A stretch of 64,000 nt of DNA from the NCBI GenBank assembly GCA_964556255.1, contig CAZKVQ010000008.1, forward strand, positions 1,798 through 65,797, given 5' to 3'. Below the pieces are notes generated by a model. The model was not told where the DNA came from. It worked only from the letters and a program-made list of their open reading frames with translations, and did not search any database. The DNA is from an uncultured Actinomycetes bacterium (lineage in GTDB: Bacteria > Actinomycetota > Actinomycetes > S36-B12 > UBA10799). Below, piece by piece: positions 28,098 to 39,091 of this stretch. Made by a program: the position numbers and the translations under genes. Position 1 is the stretch's first letter. Every line of letters begins with the position of its first letter.

Positions 28098-29305
28098 CGG
28101 CCCTCCGGTCGCTGGGATGCCTCGGCCATCAACGATGGCAGGTCCACCTTGCCCCCAGGCAGTCGGGGCAGGTCCGGCACAGTGACAACGGTCGGTACGG
28201 CTGCGGAGCCGAGCCCATCGGCCACGGTGGCGCGCATGACGGCCGGATCGGCCTGTCCCACCACGTAGGCGATGAGTCGCGCGCCGTGGATCTCGTCCGG
28301 GACGGCGGCCACTGCCGCCTCCAGGACGCCGGGGGCGCTCGCGAGCAATCGCTCAACCGCCCCCCGGTCGACATTCGCACCGCGTACGGCCACGACATCG
28401 TCGAGTCGACCCCCGACCACCAGTTGACCGTCGACGATTTCACCACGGTCACCGGTGTACAGACGGCGACCGTCGAAGTGGGCAGCGCCACCGGAAGCGG
28501 AGCCGCAATAGCCGGCTGCAACTGTCGGTCCGCTGACGACGATCTCCTCATCGACTATCTCGAGCCGGGTCCCTCCCAGTGGCCGCCCGTCGTACACACA
28601 GCCACCCGTGGTCTCGGTCATCCCGTAGGTGCGCACCACCGGCAGCCCGGACGCTCGATAGCGGGCCAGCAGAGAAGGGTGGATGGCCCCGCCCCCCAGC
28701 AGGATCCGATCGAAGCGTGAGAGAACCTCCGCAGCACCGTCCAGGGCGAGTAGCCGCGCCAGTTGCGTCGAGACCAGCGAGGTTCGGACAGGCAGATCGG
28801 CAGTCTCGGCGGCGCCGACGAATTCGGCCAGTTCGTCGAGCAGGCTCACCGGGTCGAAGGGCGTGCCGGCCCCCAACGCTGACCAGGCGGCCAAGGCCGT
28901 GTCACCGAGGACGCAGCGGGTGATTGCCGCCAGCGCCCCTGCTGCGGCGGGATTCAAAGCGATGAACCAGGCGGCAGGACCGTCCAGTGCCGCATCGCTC
29001 ATCTTCGCCGCGGCCCGCAGGTTCGCCTCGGTGAGGAGAACTCCGCGCGGTGCCCCTGTCGATCCACTGGTCGGGCAGATCACTGCCAGGTCCTCCGGCA
29101 GTCGGGTTTCGGGGGCAGGTGTGACCGCGCGGCGTTGGGTCTCGGCGACCGCCGGCGACCCGCTGGCGGACACCACCGCGACCGGGGGGCCGTCGTCGAG
29201 CAGCCGTCGCGACAGCGCGGTGAAGAGCATCGCCACACCCGCGGGGCCGGCGGGCAGGTCGAGGGTCTGCAGGGAGCGCCCTGCGGGGGTCGACGGCATC
29301 CCCAT
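28094..29305 (-). CDS. menE: o-Succinylbenzoate-CoA ligase
   Basis: Adenylate-forming enzyme motifs TSGSTGAPRGV and YGMTETTGG, in a men gene context. Start is probably the ATG at 29305 or 29299; the track ORF extends to 29398. Confidence 0.85.
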   Translation of the reverse strand: MGMPSTPAGRSLQTLDLPAGPAGVAMLFTALSRRLLDDGPPVAVVSASGSPAVAETQRRAVTPAPETRLPEDLAVICPTSGSTGAPRGVLLTEANLRAAAKMSDAALDGPAAWFIALNPAAAGALAAITRCVLGDTALAAWSALGAGTPFDPVSLLDELAEFVGAAETADLPVRTSLVSTQLARLLALDGAAEVLSRFDRILLGGGAIHPSLLARYRASGLPVVRTYGMTETTGGCVYDGRPLGGTRLEIVDEEIVVSGPTVAAGYCGSASGGAAHFDGRRLYTGDRGEIVDGQLVVGGRLDDVVAVRGANVDRGAVERLLASAPGVLEAAVAAVPDEIHGARLIAYVVGQADPAVMRATVADGLGSAAVPTVVTVPDLPRLPGGKVDLPSLMAEASQRPEGR

Positions 29306-29430
29306 TAGCCTAGGAGTCGCCCGGGATCCCGAGGCGGCCCGACCCACCTGAGACTGTAGGAGTCTGACCCGAAGTGGACACCCGCGACCGATACCCACTG
29401 CCCCCCGTCGTCGCCGAGGACAGCCCGGCG

Positions 29431-30294
29431 ATGACCGACCCCAGCTACTCGTCGATCATCCCCGCGGCGCAGTGGCAGCGATCGGGGGACTTCTCCGACA
29501 TCACCTACGACGTCGCCGACGGTATCGCCAAGATCACCATCAACCGACCCGAGAAGCGCAACGCTTTCCGACCGCAGACCCTCTTCGAGTTGGAGCGGGC
29601 GTTCGGGATGGCGCGCGACGACGACAAGGTCGGGGTCATCATCCTCACCGGGCAGGGCGACTGGGCCTTCTGCTCCGGCGGCGACCAGGTGATCCGGGGC
29701 AACGATGGCTACCTGGGCGATGACGCCGTCGCCCAACGGGGCATCGGCCGGCTCAATGTGCTTGATCTTCAGATCCAGATCCGGCGGCTGCCCAAGCCGG
29801 TGATCGCCATGGTGGCCGGTTATGCGATCGGCGGCGGTCACGTCCTGCACGTCGTGTGCGACCTGACGATCGCGGCCGACAACGCGCGATTCGGACAGAC
29901 CGGTCCCAAGGTCGGCTCGTTCGACGGGGGGTACGGGTCGGGGCTGCTGGCGCGAATCGTGGGGCAGAAGCGTGCCCGGGAAATCTGGTACACGTGTCGG
30001 CAGTACGGCGCCGAGCAGGCGTACGACTGGGGGCTGGTGAATCAGGTGGTGCCACTGGCCGACCTGGAAGTCGAGACGGTGGCCTGGGCCAAGGAGATGC
30101 TGGCGCTCTCGCCGCTGTCGCTACGGATGCTGAAGGCCTCCCACAACGCCGCCGACGACGGTCTGGCCGGCGTGCAGCAGTTGGCCGGCGATGCGACGTT
30201 GCTGTTCTACATGACCGAGGAGGCCCAGGAGGGCCGCGACGCCTACAAGGAGAAGCGGGAACCCGACTTCGGGCAATTCCCCCGTCGGCCCTGA
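29431..30294 (+). CDS. menB: 1,4-dihydroxy-2-naphthoyl-CoA synthase
   Basis: Crotonase fold with [19 protein letters not shown] and [11 protein letters not shown]. Start at ATG 29431. Confidence 0.93.
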   Translation: MTDPSYSSIIPAAQWQRSGDFSDITYDVADGIAKITINRPEKRNAFRPQTLFELERAFGMARDDDKVGVIILTGQGDWAFCSGGDQVIRGNDGYLGDDAVAQRGIGRLNVLDLQIQIRRLPKPVIAMVAGYAIGGGHVLHVVCDLTIAADNARFGQTGPKVGSFDGGYGSGLLARIVGQKRAREIWYTCRQYGAEQAYDWGLVNQVVPLADLEVETVAWAKEMLALSPLSLRMLKASHNAADDGLAGVQQLAGDATLLFYMTEEAQEGRDAYKEKREPDFGQFPRRP

Positions 30295-30299
30295 GTCCC

Positions 30300-31334
30300 A
30301 TGGTGCCTGCCGACCCTCGACTCCAGACCCTCATCGATGCCGCGACCGTCTTCGCGGTCCCATTGCGCGACCGATTCCGGGGGCTCACCACCCGCACCGG
30401 CATCGTGCTCCAAGGCCCCGCCGGCTGGGGGGAGTTCGCCCCCTTCGAGGAGTACGGCCCTGAGGAGGCGGCCCGTTGGCTCGACGCAGCCGTCGAGGCC
30501 GCCTTCCTCGGAGTCCCTCAACCGGTGCGCGAAACCGTCGGAGTCAACGCGATCATCCCTGCGGTGACGCCCGAGCGTGCCGCCGCACTTGCCGAGGCAG
30601 CAGCGACTGAGCGGGGTTGCCGGACCGCGAAGGTGAAGGTCGCCGAGCCAGGGGGGTCGCTGGCATCCGACGCCGACCGGGTCGCGGCGGTAGCGGAAAC
30701 CTTCCGTGGGCGCATCAAGGTGGACGCGAACGGCGCCTGGCAACCGGACGAGGCGTGTGCCGCTCTGGCCGTACTGGAACGGGTGGCGGGCGGGTTGGAA
30801 TACGCCGAGCAACCGTGCCCGGATCTTGATGGCCTTGCCGAGGTCCGCCGTCGAATCGGCGTCCCGATAGCGGCGGACGAGTCGATCCGGCGGTCGAGCG
30901 ACCCGGTTGCCGCGGCAAGGGCCGCAGCGGCAGATGTGATCGTGGTCAAGCCGACCCCGCTTGGAGGGGTTCGTCGTGCCCTCGACGTCGTCGCGGAGGC
31001 GGCGATCCCGACGGTGGCGTCGTGTGCCCTGGATACGTCGGTCGGCTTAGCGCAAACGCTGGCGTTCGCCGCCGCCCTTCCCGAACTGGACCACGACTGC
31101 GGGCTCGGAACCGGAGCCCTGCTGGCCGCCGACCTGGTGAGCGATCCGTTGTTCCCCGACGACGGCGTCATGCGCACCGACTACCGGGCGCGCTGCGACA
31201 ACGAGTTGCTGGCGCGGGCCACGGCGCGGGTATCCGAGCCCGAGCGCGATCGTTGGCTGCAACGCCTGTCTCAGGCATGGACGGCCGGTACCCGGGCGCG
31301 ACTGGGCCGACTTTTGGCAGACTCCGACCTGTGA
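30300..31334 (+). CDS. menC: o-Succinylbenzoate synthase (enolase superfamily)
   Basis: Carries the KVKV, DANGAW, EQP and DES metal-ligand pattern, in a men context. Start at ATG 30300; the track ORF's long 5' extension overlaps menB. Confidence 0.85.
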   Translation: MVPADPRLQTLIDAATVFAVPLRDRFRGLTTRTGIVLQGPAGWGEFAPFEEYGPEEAARWLDAAVEAAFLGVPQPVRETVGVNAIIPAVTPERAAALAEAAATERGCRTAKVKVAEPGGSLASDADRVAAVAETFRGRIKVDANGAWQPDEACAALAVLERVAGGLEYAEQPCPDLDGLAEVRRRIGVPIAADESIRRSSDPVAAARAAAADVIVVKPTPLGGVRRALDVVAEAAIPTVASCALDTSVGLAQTLAFAAALPELDHDCGLGTGALLAADLVSDPLFPDDGVMRTDYRARCDNELLARATARVSEPERDRWLQRLSQAWTAGTRARLGRLLADSDL

Positions 31335-33145
31335 ACCCTGCGGTGGCTGCGGCCCGAGTGATCGTCGACGAGCTGCTTCGCTGTGGCGTGACGGACGTGG
31401 TGCTGTCACCGGGGTCGCGTTCGGCTCCCCTCGCGCTGGCGGTCGCCGAGGCGGAGCGTGAGGGCGGGCTCAGCTTGCATGTGCGGGTCGATGAACGATC
31501 GGCGGGGTTCACCGGGCTCGGCCTCTCCAGAGTCACCGGAGCTCCGACCGCCGTCATCTGCACCTCGGGTACCGCGGTGGCGAACCTGTTGCCGGCAGTG
31601 ATCGAGGCCGATGCCTCCGATGTGCCGATGGTCCTCGTCACCGCCGACCGGCCGCCGGAACTGCGGGGCGTAGGCGCGAACCAGACGATCGTGCAGCCCG
31701 GGATCTTCGGCGGCTACCTGCGAGCCGCAGCGGACCTGGAGACCCCGGCGGCCCGTGCCGGAGTAGGACGGTACTGGCGGTCAACAGTCAGCCAACTCGT
31801 CTCCGCTGCCGGGTCAGCGGTAGACCCGGGTCCGGTGCACCTGAACGTGGGGCTGCGGGCCCCCTTGCTCGATCGCGATGACTCGGCGGCCTTCGATTGG
31901 GAGTTGGAGACGGCGGGGCGATCCGCGGGATTGCCGTGGACCCTCGACGGTCGATTGGTCTCCGTCGCCGGGCTGGCGCTCGACTCGGTCTTGGAGCAAC
32001 TCGGTAGACGGCCGGGTCCGATGCGCGGTGTTGTCGTCGTCGGCGACCTGCCTGGCGGGGAGCCGTACCCGTCCGAGGCGACAATCCTGGCTGAGTCGTT
32101 GAACTGGCCGCTGATATGCGAGCCGAGCGGCAATGCCCATGACGGCGGGACCGTGATCGCCCACGCCTCGGTGCTGCTGGCGGTTCCTGATTTCCTGGCC
32201 TCCCACATCCCCGACGTGGTCATTACCGTCGGGCGGGTGGGACTCAGTCGCTCCGTGGACGCCCTGATCCGGAGTGCTGGGCTACACATCGCGGTGGACC
32301 CGCGTGCGGCCCGTTCGCCGCTGGACCCGCAGCGGACCGCGGACGTCGTGGTTTCAGCCGTACCCGCGCCGGCGGATGTTTGCCGAGCCGAGGACGACTG
32401 GACCGCGGGCTGGCTCACCGCGGACGATCTGGCCGAGGAGATCATCGCGGAGGAAGTGGCCGCCTCGGATTTCTCGGCGCCGGCAGTGGCCCGCGGCGTT
32501 TGGACCGCCATCGGGGACACCGGGCTGCTGGTACTGGGGTCCTCGTGGTCGGCCCGACATGTCGACGCCCTCGTGCCGATCGAGCCGATGCCACCGTTCG
32601 TGATCAGCAACCGTGGCGTCTCCGGCATCGACGGCCTCGTCAGCACTGCCTGGGGAGCGGCCTCGGGTTACCAACGGGCCGGGAGTCCGTGGGATGAGGC
32701 GTTGGAGTTGCTCGACGACCCGGGCGGTGACGTGGTGCTGCGGGGTGGGCCAGCAGTGGCCCTGATGGGTGATCTCACCTTCCTCTACGACGCGAACGGC
32801 CTGCTCGTCCCCGAAGGCGAGCACCGTCCCGATCTGGTCATCGTCGTCGTGGACAACGATGGCGGCGGGATCTTCTCCATCCTCGAACAGGGTGGCCCTG
32901 AGTACACCCAGGACTTCGAGCGGGTCTTCGGCACTCCCACCGGCCGGGACTGCGCGTCGGTCGCGCGGGCCGCGCAGGTGAGCGTTCGCACGGTGGGGTC
33001 GCAGGCTCAGTTCGACCAAGCGCTCGCCGAGGACCTGGCGGCTGGCGGAGTGCGGGTTATCGTCGCGTCGGTGGGGACCCGCGCCGCCGAGGCCGAGCTG
33101 TTGCGGCGCATCGACCGGCGGGTCGCAACTGCCCTGCAGCGTTGA
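31331..33145 (+). CDS. menD: 2-succinyl-5-enolpyruvyl-6-hydroxy-3-cyclohexene-1-carboxylate (SEPHCHC) synthase
   Basis: ThDP enzyme pattern: SPGSRSAPL, TSGTAVANLLPAVIEA, TADRPPELR and GDLTFLYD. GTG 31331 overlaps the menC stop codon. Confidence 0.92.
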   Translation: MNPAVAAARVIVDELLRCGVTDVVLSPGSRSAPLALAVAEAEREGGLSLHVRVDERSAGFTGLGLSRVTGAPTAVICTSGTAVANLLPAVIEADASDVPMVLVTADRPPELRGVGANQTIVQPGIFGGYLRAAADLETPAARAGVGRYWRSTVSQLVSAAGSAVDPGPVHLNVGLRAPLLDRDDSAAFDWELETAGRSAGLPWTLDGRLVSVAGLALDSVLEQLGRRPGPMRGVVVVGDLPGGEPYPSEATILAESLNWPLICEPSGNAHDGGTVIAHASVLLAVPDFLASHIPDVVITVGRVGLSRSVDALIRSAGLHIAVDPRAARSPLDPQRTADVVVSAVPAPADVCRAEDDWTAGWLTADDLAEEIIAEEVAASDFSAPAVARGVWTAIGDTGLLVLGSSWSARHVDALVPIEPMPPFVISNRGVSGIDGLVSTAWGAASGYQRAGSPWDEALELLDDPGGDVVLRGGPAVALMGDLTFLYDANGLLVPEGEHRPDLVIVVVDNDGGGIFSILEQGGPEYTQDFERVFGTPTGRDCASVARAAQVSVRTVGSQAQFDQALAEDLAAGGVRVIVASVGTRAAEAELLRRIDRRVATALQR

Positions 33146-33152
33146 CGACCCG

Positions 33153-34397
33153 TCAGGTCAGGGCGCCACGCATCGCATCGAGCTTGGCCTCGGACTCCGC
33201 CAACTCCGAGGCCGGCGTGGAACCCGCCACGATCCCGCAGCCGGCGAAAAGTCGGATGCTGGTGTTGCCCACCCCGAGTTGACCGCATCGGAGGGCGATG
33301 CCGAACTCGCCGTCGCCATGGGCGTCCACCCACCCCACCGGCCCGGCATAGCGTCCGCGGTCCATCCGTTCTAGCTCAGCGATGACCCCGGCTGCCCACT
33401 CGGTGGGGGTTCCGCACACCGCGGCGGTCGGATGCAACGAGGCGGCGAGCGCGATCGCTGAAGCGTCATCGGCCAGCAACCCGGTGACGTCGGTGGCGAG
33501 GTGTTGGACATTCGCCAGTGGCAGCAGACTCGGAGTCTGGGGGACGTTGAGATCGGTGCAGTGGGCCGCCAGCGCAGCCCTCACCGAATCGACCGCGTAC
33601 AGGTGCTCGACGAGGTCCTTGTCCGACGTCATGAGCGCCTCGGCGAGCCGATCATCCTCCCCGTGGTCGGAATCCCGTTGGACCGTCCCGGCGAGTACCC
33701 GCGACGTGACCGCGGCGCCGGTACGGCGCACCAGGAGCTCGGGAGTCGCCCCCACCAGGCCGTCGACGGCAAAGGTCCAACAGGCGGGGTACTGCTCAGC
33801 CAGTCGGTACAGAAGCCCGCGGGCGTCGATCGGTTCCGAGGTACGCAGCAGCACGTCGCGGGCGAGCACCACCTTGTCCAGCCCGCCCGCCTTGATCCGG
33901 GCAACCGCTTCATCGACGGCGTCGCACCACTGCTGCGCGGACCGGCTACCGGGGAACTCCCGCACGGCTGGCGCGGGCCCGGCGACCGTTCGGGTGGTCA
34001 GATCGGGTTCCGGGGCGTCGCCGATGACGGTCAGCCAGGACTTGCCATCTCGCCTACCCACCAGGAATTCCGGCACGATCACACAGGAGGAGTCCGGTCC
34101 GCCGGCAAAAGTGAAGGAGGCGAAGGCCACCGGCCCGCTGCCGGGAACGGACACATCGTCGGCGATCGTCGCCGAGTCGCAGAGCTGCGACCACCACCGG
34201 TGGGCGCGGGAGAACCTCTCCTGCCCGGCGACCTGCAGCCTGGCGGCCTCCCCCCACGCAACGAGGCCGTCGCCGTTGCGAACCCAACTCATGACTGGGC
34301 CGGGAGGAAGCACCCGAAGAAGGTCGACGGGCTCCGGCAGGGCTACCGTGCGCACGCGAAGCCCGGGCGCGGATGCCGCGAGGCGCAAATCAGTCAC
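33153..34397 (-). CDS. menF: Isochorismate synthase
   Basis: Chorismate-binding enzyme motifs [19 protein letters not shown] and AGCGIV, in a men context. Confidence 0.9.
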   Translation of the reverse strand: MTDLRLAASAPGLRVRTVALPEPVDLLRVLPPGPVMSWVRNGDGLVAWGEAARLQVAGQERFSRAHRWWSQLCDSATIADDVSVPGSGPVAFASFTFAGGPDSSCVIVPEFLVGRRDGKSWLTVIGDAPEPDLTTRTVAGPAPAVREFPGSRSAQQWCDAVDEAVARIKAGGLDKVVLARDVLLRTSEPIDARGLLYRLAEQYPACWTFAVDGLVGATPELLVRRTGAAVTSRVLAGTVQRDSDHGEDDRLAEALMTSDKDLVEHLYAVDSVRAALAAHCTDLNVPQTPSLLPLANVQHLATDVTGLLADDASAIALAASLHPTAAVCGTPTEWAAGVIAELERMDRGRYAGPVGWVDAHGDGEFGIALRCGQLGVGNTSIRLFAGCGIVAGSTPASELAESEAKLDAMRGALT

Positions 34398-34510
34398 GAG
34401 ATGAGCCTACGGTGCCTGTGCCGGTCCGGCCCCTCGGAGGCTCCAAGGGCTCTCTCCCGCACTGCCCCGTAGGGTGGCCCCACACCACCCGCGAGAGGAC
34501 CCGATCGCCC

Positions 34511-35218
34511 ATGAGCCGTGCGACGTTGGCCAAGGATCCAGCCGAGGTGGCAGCGATGTTCGACCATGTTGCCGCGCGATACGACCTCACGAACGATGTC
34601 CTCTCGGCAGGTCAGACGCGCTATTGGCGTCGGGCGCTGGTCGACGCGATTGACCCCGGCCCCGGCGACAGGGTGCTCGACCTGGCAGCCGGCACCGGCA
34701 CCAGCTCGCTGCCCATGCGTGCCCGTGGTGCGTTCGTGGTGCCCTGCGACTTCTCCCTCGGAATGCTCCGGGAAGGGCGTCGACGCCAGCCCGAACTGCC
34801 GTTCGTCGCCGGCGACGCCCTCAGGTTGCCGTTCGCCGACGACTCCTTCGACGCCGTCACAATCTCGTTCGGACTTCGCAACGTCAGCGATCCGGCAGCC
34901 GCCTTGGTGGAGCTTCGGCGGGTGACCCGGCCAGGCGGTCGGTTGGTCGTGTGTGAGTTCAGCGCCCCGCTCGTGGCACCGATCCGCACCGCGTACACGG
35001 AATACCTCATGAGGGCGCTGCCGGTGGTCGCTCGTCGGGTGTCGAGCAACCCGGACGCCTACGTTTACCTGGCCGAATCAATCCGGGCCTGGCCCGATCA
35101 GCCCGAGCTCGCCGCGCGGATCGCAGCCGCAGGCTGGCAGCGGGTGGCCTGGCGGAATCTGTCGGGCGGAATTGTGGCATTGCACCGTGGTTACGCGCCG
35201 AAAGGCATTTCTGACTAG
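34511..35218 (+). CDS. menG: Demethylmenaquinone methyltransferase
   Basis: UbiE/MenG pattern [26 protein letters not shown] and the SAM motif VLDLAAGTG. Start at ATG 34511. Confidence 0.92.
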   Translation: MSRATLAKDPAEVAAMFDHVAARYDLTNDVLSAGQTRYWRRALVDAIDPGPGDRVLDLAAGTGTSSLPMRARGAFVVPCDFSLGMLREGRRRQPELPFVAGDALRLPFADDSFDAVTISFGLRNVSDPAAALVELRRVTRPGGRLVVCEFSAPLVAPIRTAYTEYLMRALPVVARRVSSNPDAYVYLAESIRAWPDQPELAARIAAAGWQRVAWRNLSGGIVALHRGYAPKGISD

Positions 35219-35244
35219 ACTCGGTTGACGGGTTCGGCAACCGG

Positions 35245-35274
35245 TTCACATGGTCCGATTCCGACCCCTAAGAT
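35245..35274 (+). promoter_or_regulatory. Candidate nuo operon promoter (TTCACA-18 bp-TAAGAT)
   Basis: The hexamers were read directly in the 113-bp gap between menG and nuoA. Prediction only. Confidence 0.3.
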
Positions 35275-35331
35275 CGCGACTTAGCAGGCATCTTCGGACA
35301 AGCCGCGCGAAGTCGGTCCGACTAGGAAAGG

Positions 35332-35703
35332 GTGTGGGTCGTGGGCAACGTCTACCTCCCGATCCTCTTCCTCGGCATCCTCGCCGGGCTGTTCGCGGTC
35401 TTCTCCGTCGGCATCGCCTCAGTGACCGGGCCGAAGCGGTACAACCGCGCAAAAGTGTCCGAATACGAGTGCGGCATCGAACCCACGCCGCAGCCGGTGG
35501 GCGGTGGTCGGTTCCCGATCAAGTACTACCTGACGGCGATGCTCTTCATCATCTTCGACATCGAGATCGTGTTCCTCTACCCGTGGGCCCTGACCTTCGA
35601 CGCGTTGGGTCTGTTCGGGTTGGTCGAGATGGTCCTCTTCATCATCACGCTGCTCGTCGCCTATCTGTTCGTGTGGCGTCGACGCGGCCTGGACTGGGAC
35701 TAG
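35332..35703 (+). CDS. nuoA: NADH-quinone oxidoreductase subunit A
   Basis: ND3 family: YECGIEP and FIIFDIEIVFLYPWA. AGGAAAGGG lies just upstream. Confidence 0.93.
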   Translation: MWVVGNVYLPILFLGILAGLFAVFSVGIASVTGPKRYNRAKVSEYECGIEPTPQPVGGGRFPIKYYLTAMLFIIFDIEIVFLYPWALTFDALGLFGLVEMVLFIITLLVAYLFVWRRRGLDWD

Positions 35704-35715
35704 GAGGGCCGGACC

Positions 35716-36270
35716 ATGGGCCTGGAAGAGAAACTCCCGAGCGGATTCCTGCTCAGTACCGTGGAGGGGCTGGCTGGCTACGCGCGTCGCAACTCGATGT
35801 GGACCGTGACGTTCGGCCTGGCCTGTTGCGCGATCGAGATGATGTCGGCCGGTGGCGCCAACTACGACCTGGGTCGGTTCGGCATGGAGGTCTTCCGACC
35901 CTCCCCCCGGCAGGCCGACCTGATGATCGTGGCTGGCCGGGTGAGCCAGAAGATGGCACCGATCCTTCGTCAGGTGTACGACCAGATGCCCAACCCGAAG
36001 TGGGTCATCTCCATGGGTGCCTGCGCCTCCAGCGGCGGAATGTTCAACAACTACGCGATCGTCCAAGGCGTCGACCACGTCGTGCCGGTGGACATCTACC
36101 TTCCTGGTTGCCCGCCCCGCCCGGAGCAGCTCATGGATGCCATCTTGAAGCTTCACACGAAGGTCGCCGACATCCAGATCGGTGCCGATAGGGACGCCCA
36201 GATCACGGCCCGCGAGCACGAGGCCCTGCTGGCGGCGCCCGCCTCCGAGATGAAGGGGCTGCTGAGGTGA
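35716..36270 (+). CDS. nuoB: NADH-quinone oxidoreductase subunit B
   Basis: N2-cluster motifs [19 protein letters not shown] and LPGCPP. Confidence 0.95.
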   Translation: MGLEEKLPSGFLLSTVEGLAGYARRNSMWTVTFGLACCAIEMMSAGGANYDLGRFGMEVFRPSPRQADLMIVAGRVSQKMAPILRQVYDQMPNPKWVISMGACASSGGMFNNYAIVQGVDHVVPVDIYLPGCPPRPEQLMDAILKLHTKVADIQIGADRDAQITAREHEALLAAPASEMKGLLR

Positions 36271-36992
36271 GCGACGCCGGTAACGCTCCGAGCGCGGCAG
36301 AAGCCGTCGTGCCCCCGGAGGGGACGACCGTGATGCCACTGGAGGTGGTGGAGACCCGGCACGGTGCATTCGGCGTCAAAGGTGTACCCGATGTGTCCGG
36401 CTACGGCGGTTTGGTGTCGCCGGTCGTACTGCCGGGTCCGAGCCCACGACCCTACGGCGGGTGGTTCGACGAGGCTGCCGACACCCTGGAACAGACCCTG
36501 GGCGATGACTACGCGAACGCCGTCGAGAAGGTGGTCGTCGAGTTCGGAGAACTCACGTTCCACGTCCGCCGAGAAGCGCTGCAAGGTTTCGTGCAGACCC
36601 TGCGCGACCACCCCGATCTGCGTTTCGAGACCTGTCTCGGCGTTTCCGGCGTGAACTGGCCCGGTGACAGCGATCGAGAGTTGCATGCGGTTTATCACTT
36701 CCGGTCGATGACCCACGCGGGTCGGATGGTCAGGGTGGAGACCACCTGTCCCGACGCCGATCCTCACGTGCCCACGATCACCGGGATCTACCCGGCCAAC
36801 GACTGGCACGAGCGCGAGACCTACGACATGTTCGGGATCATCTTCGACGGCCACCACGGCCTCACCCGGATCCTGATGCCCGATGACTGGGTCGGACACC
36901 CGCAACGCAAGGACTACCCGCTGGGCGGAATCCATGTGGAGTACAAGGGTGCCAGCACCCCGCCCCCGGACGAGCGTAGGGAGTACTCCTGA
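36267..36992 (+). CDS. nuoC: NADH-quinone oxidoreductase subunit C
   Basis: 30-kDa subunit motif [19 protein letters not shown]. Confidence 0.93.
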   Translation: MSDAGNAPSAAEAVVPPEGTTVMPLEVVETRHGAFGVKGVPDVSGYGGLVSPVVLPGPSPRPYGGWFDEAADTLEQTLGDDYANAVEKVVVEFGELTFHVRREALQGFVQTLRDHPDLRFETCLGVSGVNWPGDSDRELHAVYHFRSMTHAGRMVRVETTCPDADPHVPTITGIYPANDWHERETYDMFGIIFDGHHGLTRILMPDDWVGHPQRKDYPLGGIHVEYKGASTPPPDERREYS

Positions 36993-38401
36993 TGAGCGAG
37001 ACGTACTCCGAGCACGACACCGCCTCGGCCGCAGCCACCGACCAGGAAGTCCTCGACGAGGAGCAGGCTCACGCGGTTCACGAGGAAGAAGTGATCGACG
37101 GTTCCTACCAGACGACCGAGGGTCGCGTGTACACCGTCACAGGTGAGGACTGGGACACCATCGTTCCGCCTGCGGAGGGCCAGCAGGAGCGGTTGATCGT
37201 CAACATGGGTCCGCAACATCCCTCGACCCACGGCGTCGGACGGTTCGTGCTCGACCTCGACGGTGAGACCGTCGTCGAGTGCCGGGCAGCTATCGGCTAC
37301 CTGCACACCGGGATCGAGAAGAACCTGGAGTACCGCACCTGGACCCAGGGCGTCACGTTCGTGACGCGAATGGACTACCTGTCGCCGATCTTCAATGAGA
37401 CCGCCTACTGCCTGGGTATCGAGCGGCTGTTGGGGATCACCGACGACGTCCCCGAGCGCGCCACCCTCATCCGGGTCCTGATGATGGAGTTGAACCGCAT
37501 CTCCTCGCACGCGGTGGCGCTGGCCACGGGCGCCTTGGAACTCGGGGCGTTGACCCCGATGATCTGGGGCTTCCGCGACCGCAACATCGTGTTGAACCTC
37601 TTCGAGGAGATCACCGGCCTTCGGATGAACCACGCGTACGTACGTCCCGGCGGGGTGGTGGCCGACCTGCCCGACGGCATGGAGCAACGCATCGCCGACG
37701 CCGTCAAGCAGATGCGGTCCACCTTCAAAGAGACGGTGGACATGCTGGTGGGCAACGGCATCTGGGTGGAGCGCACCCAGAACGTCGGTTATCTCGACCT
37801 GACCGGCTGCGCTGCGATGGGCGTGACGGGGCCGGTGCTGAGGTCGACCGGCCTGCCCTGGGACCTGCGCAAGACGGCGCCGTACTGCGGCTACGAGACC
37901 TTCGAGTTCGAGGTTCCCACCCGTGATACCGCCGACTGCTACGGACGCTTCCTGATCCGGCTCGACGAGATGGTGCAGTCCCTGAACATCATCGAGCAGG
38001 TGCTGGATCGGCTCCGTCCAGGTCCAGTGATGGTGGTGGACAAGCGCATCGCCTGGCCCGCCCAGTTGGCGTTGGGCGGGGACGGCCTGGGCAACTCCCT
38101 CGGTCATATCCGGGAGATCATGGGCACCTCGATGGAGGCGCTGATCCATCACTTCAAGTTGGTCACGGAGGGCTTCCGGGTCCCGGTCGGCCAGGTGTAC
38201 TCGGCGGTCGAATCGCCGCGCGGCGAACTGGGAGTCCATATCGTCAGCGACGGCGGCACCCGGCCCTACCGGGTGCACTTCCGCGATCCGTCCTTCACCA
38301 ACCTGCAGTCCATCTCCGCGATGTCCGAAGGTGGCATGCTCTCCGATGTCATCGCGTCCGTTGCCAGCATCGATCCCGTGTTCGGCGGAGTCGACCGCTG
38401 A
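36992..38401 (+). CDS. nuoD: NADH-quinone oxidoreductase subunit D
   Basis: 49-kDa subunit: [12 protein letters not shown], ...[12 protein letters not shown]. The N-terminal acidic extension is typical of actinobacteria. Confidence 0.95.
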   Translation: MSETYSEHDTASAAATDQEVLDEEQAHAVHEEEVIDGSYQTTEGRVYTVTGEDWDTIVPPAEGQQERLIVNMGPQHPSTHGVGRFVLDLDGETVVECRAAIGYLHTGIEKNLEYRTWTQGVTFVTRMDYLSPIFNETAYCLGIERLLGITDDVPERATLIRVLMMELNRISSHAVALATGALELGALTPMIWGFRDRNIVLNLFEEITGLRMNHAYVRPGGVVADLPDGMEQRIADAVKQMRSTFKETVDMLVGNGIWVERTQNVGYLDLTGCAAMGVTGPVLRSTGLPWDLRKTAPYCGYETFEFEVPTRDTADCYGRFLIRLDEMVQSLNIIEQVLDRLRPGPVMVVDKRIAWPAQLALGGDGLGNSLGHIREIMGTSMEALIHHFKLVTEGFRVPVGQVYSAVESPRGELGVHIVSDGGTRPYRVHFRDPSFTNLQSISAMSEGGMLSDVIASVASIDPVFGGVDR

Positions 38402-38433
38402 CCGCGGTCGAGAGGAAGGATCGGCACCTGACC

Positions 38434-39090
38434 ATGGCGCTCACGGAAACCACCCGAGAAGAGATGCGTGAGATCATCGCGCGCTACCCGGACCCGCGTT
38501 CGGCCCTACTGCCGATGCTGCATCTGGTGCAGTCCGAAGAGGGGCACGTCAGTCCCGAGGGGATCGCGATGTGCGCCGAGGAGGTCGGCCTGACCTCTGC
38601 CGAGGTGGCCGCGGTCGCGACCTTCTACACGATGTACAAGCGTCATGACGTGGGCGAGTACCACATCGGCGTCTGCATCAATCCGGGCTGCGGAATCCTC
38701 GGCGGGGATGAGATCTGGCGGGTCGCCACCGAGGAACTGGGCATCGGACACGATGAGACCACCCCCGACGGCAAGTTCTCCCTCGAGCGGATCGAATGCC
38801 AGGCCGCCTGCACCCACGCCCCGGTCGTCACGGCGAACTGGGAGTACCTCGACGATCAGACCCCCGCATCGGTCCGCGAGGTCATCGCCCGGCTACGCGA
38901 GGGCGAGCCGGTGCAGGCCACTCGTGGACCACAGATCAGGACCTTCCGCGATACCGAGCGGACCCTTGCCGGCTTCGACGATGGGCTGGCAGATGCCCAC
39001 AGCATCGATGACAAGATGCTGGTCGGGCTGAAGGTGGCCAGGGAGCGCGGGATGAGCGCGCCACCGCCGCCAGAGGGAGGGAGTCACTGA
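38434..39090 (+). CDS. nuoE: NADH-quinone oxidoreductase subunit E
   Basis: 24-kDa subunit with 2Fe-2S Cys pattern (GVCINPGC ... CQAACTHAP). Confidence 0.92.
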   Translation: MALTETTREEMREIIARYPDPRSALLPMLHLVQSEEGHVSPEGIAMCAEEVGLTSAEVAAVATFYTMYKRHDVGEYHIGVCINPGCGILGGDEIWRVATEELGIGHDETTPDGKFSLERIECQAACTHAPVVTANWEYLDDQTPASVREVIARLREGEPVQATRGPQIRTFRDTERTLAGFDDGLADAHSIDDKMLVGLKVARERGMSAPPPPEGGSH

Positions 39091-39091
39091 C

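Noticed and set aside
35225-35250. A Rex (redox repressor) operator upstream of nuoA
   Set aside because: Only a TTCACA half-site is present, with no matching TTGTGAA half at the expected spacing. The nearby CGGTTG-N10-CAACCG inverted repeat does not resemble the Rex consensus either.
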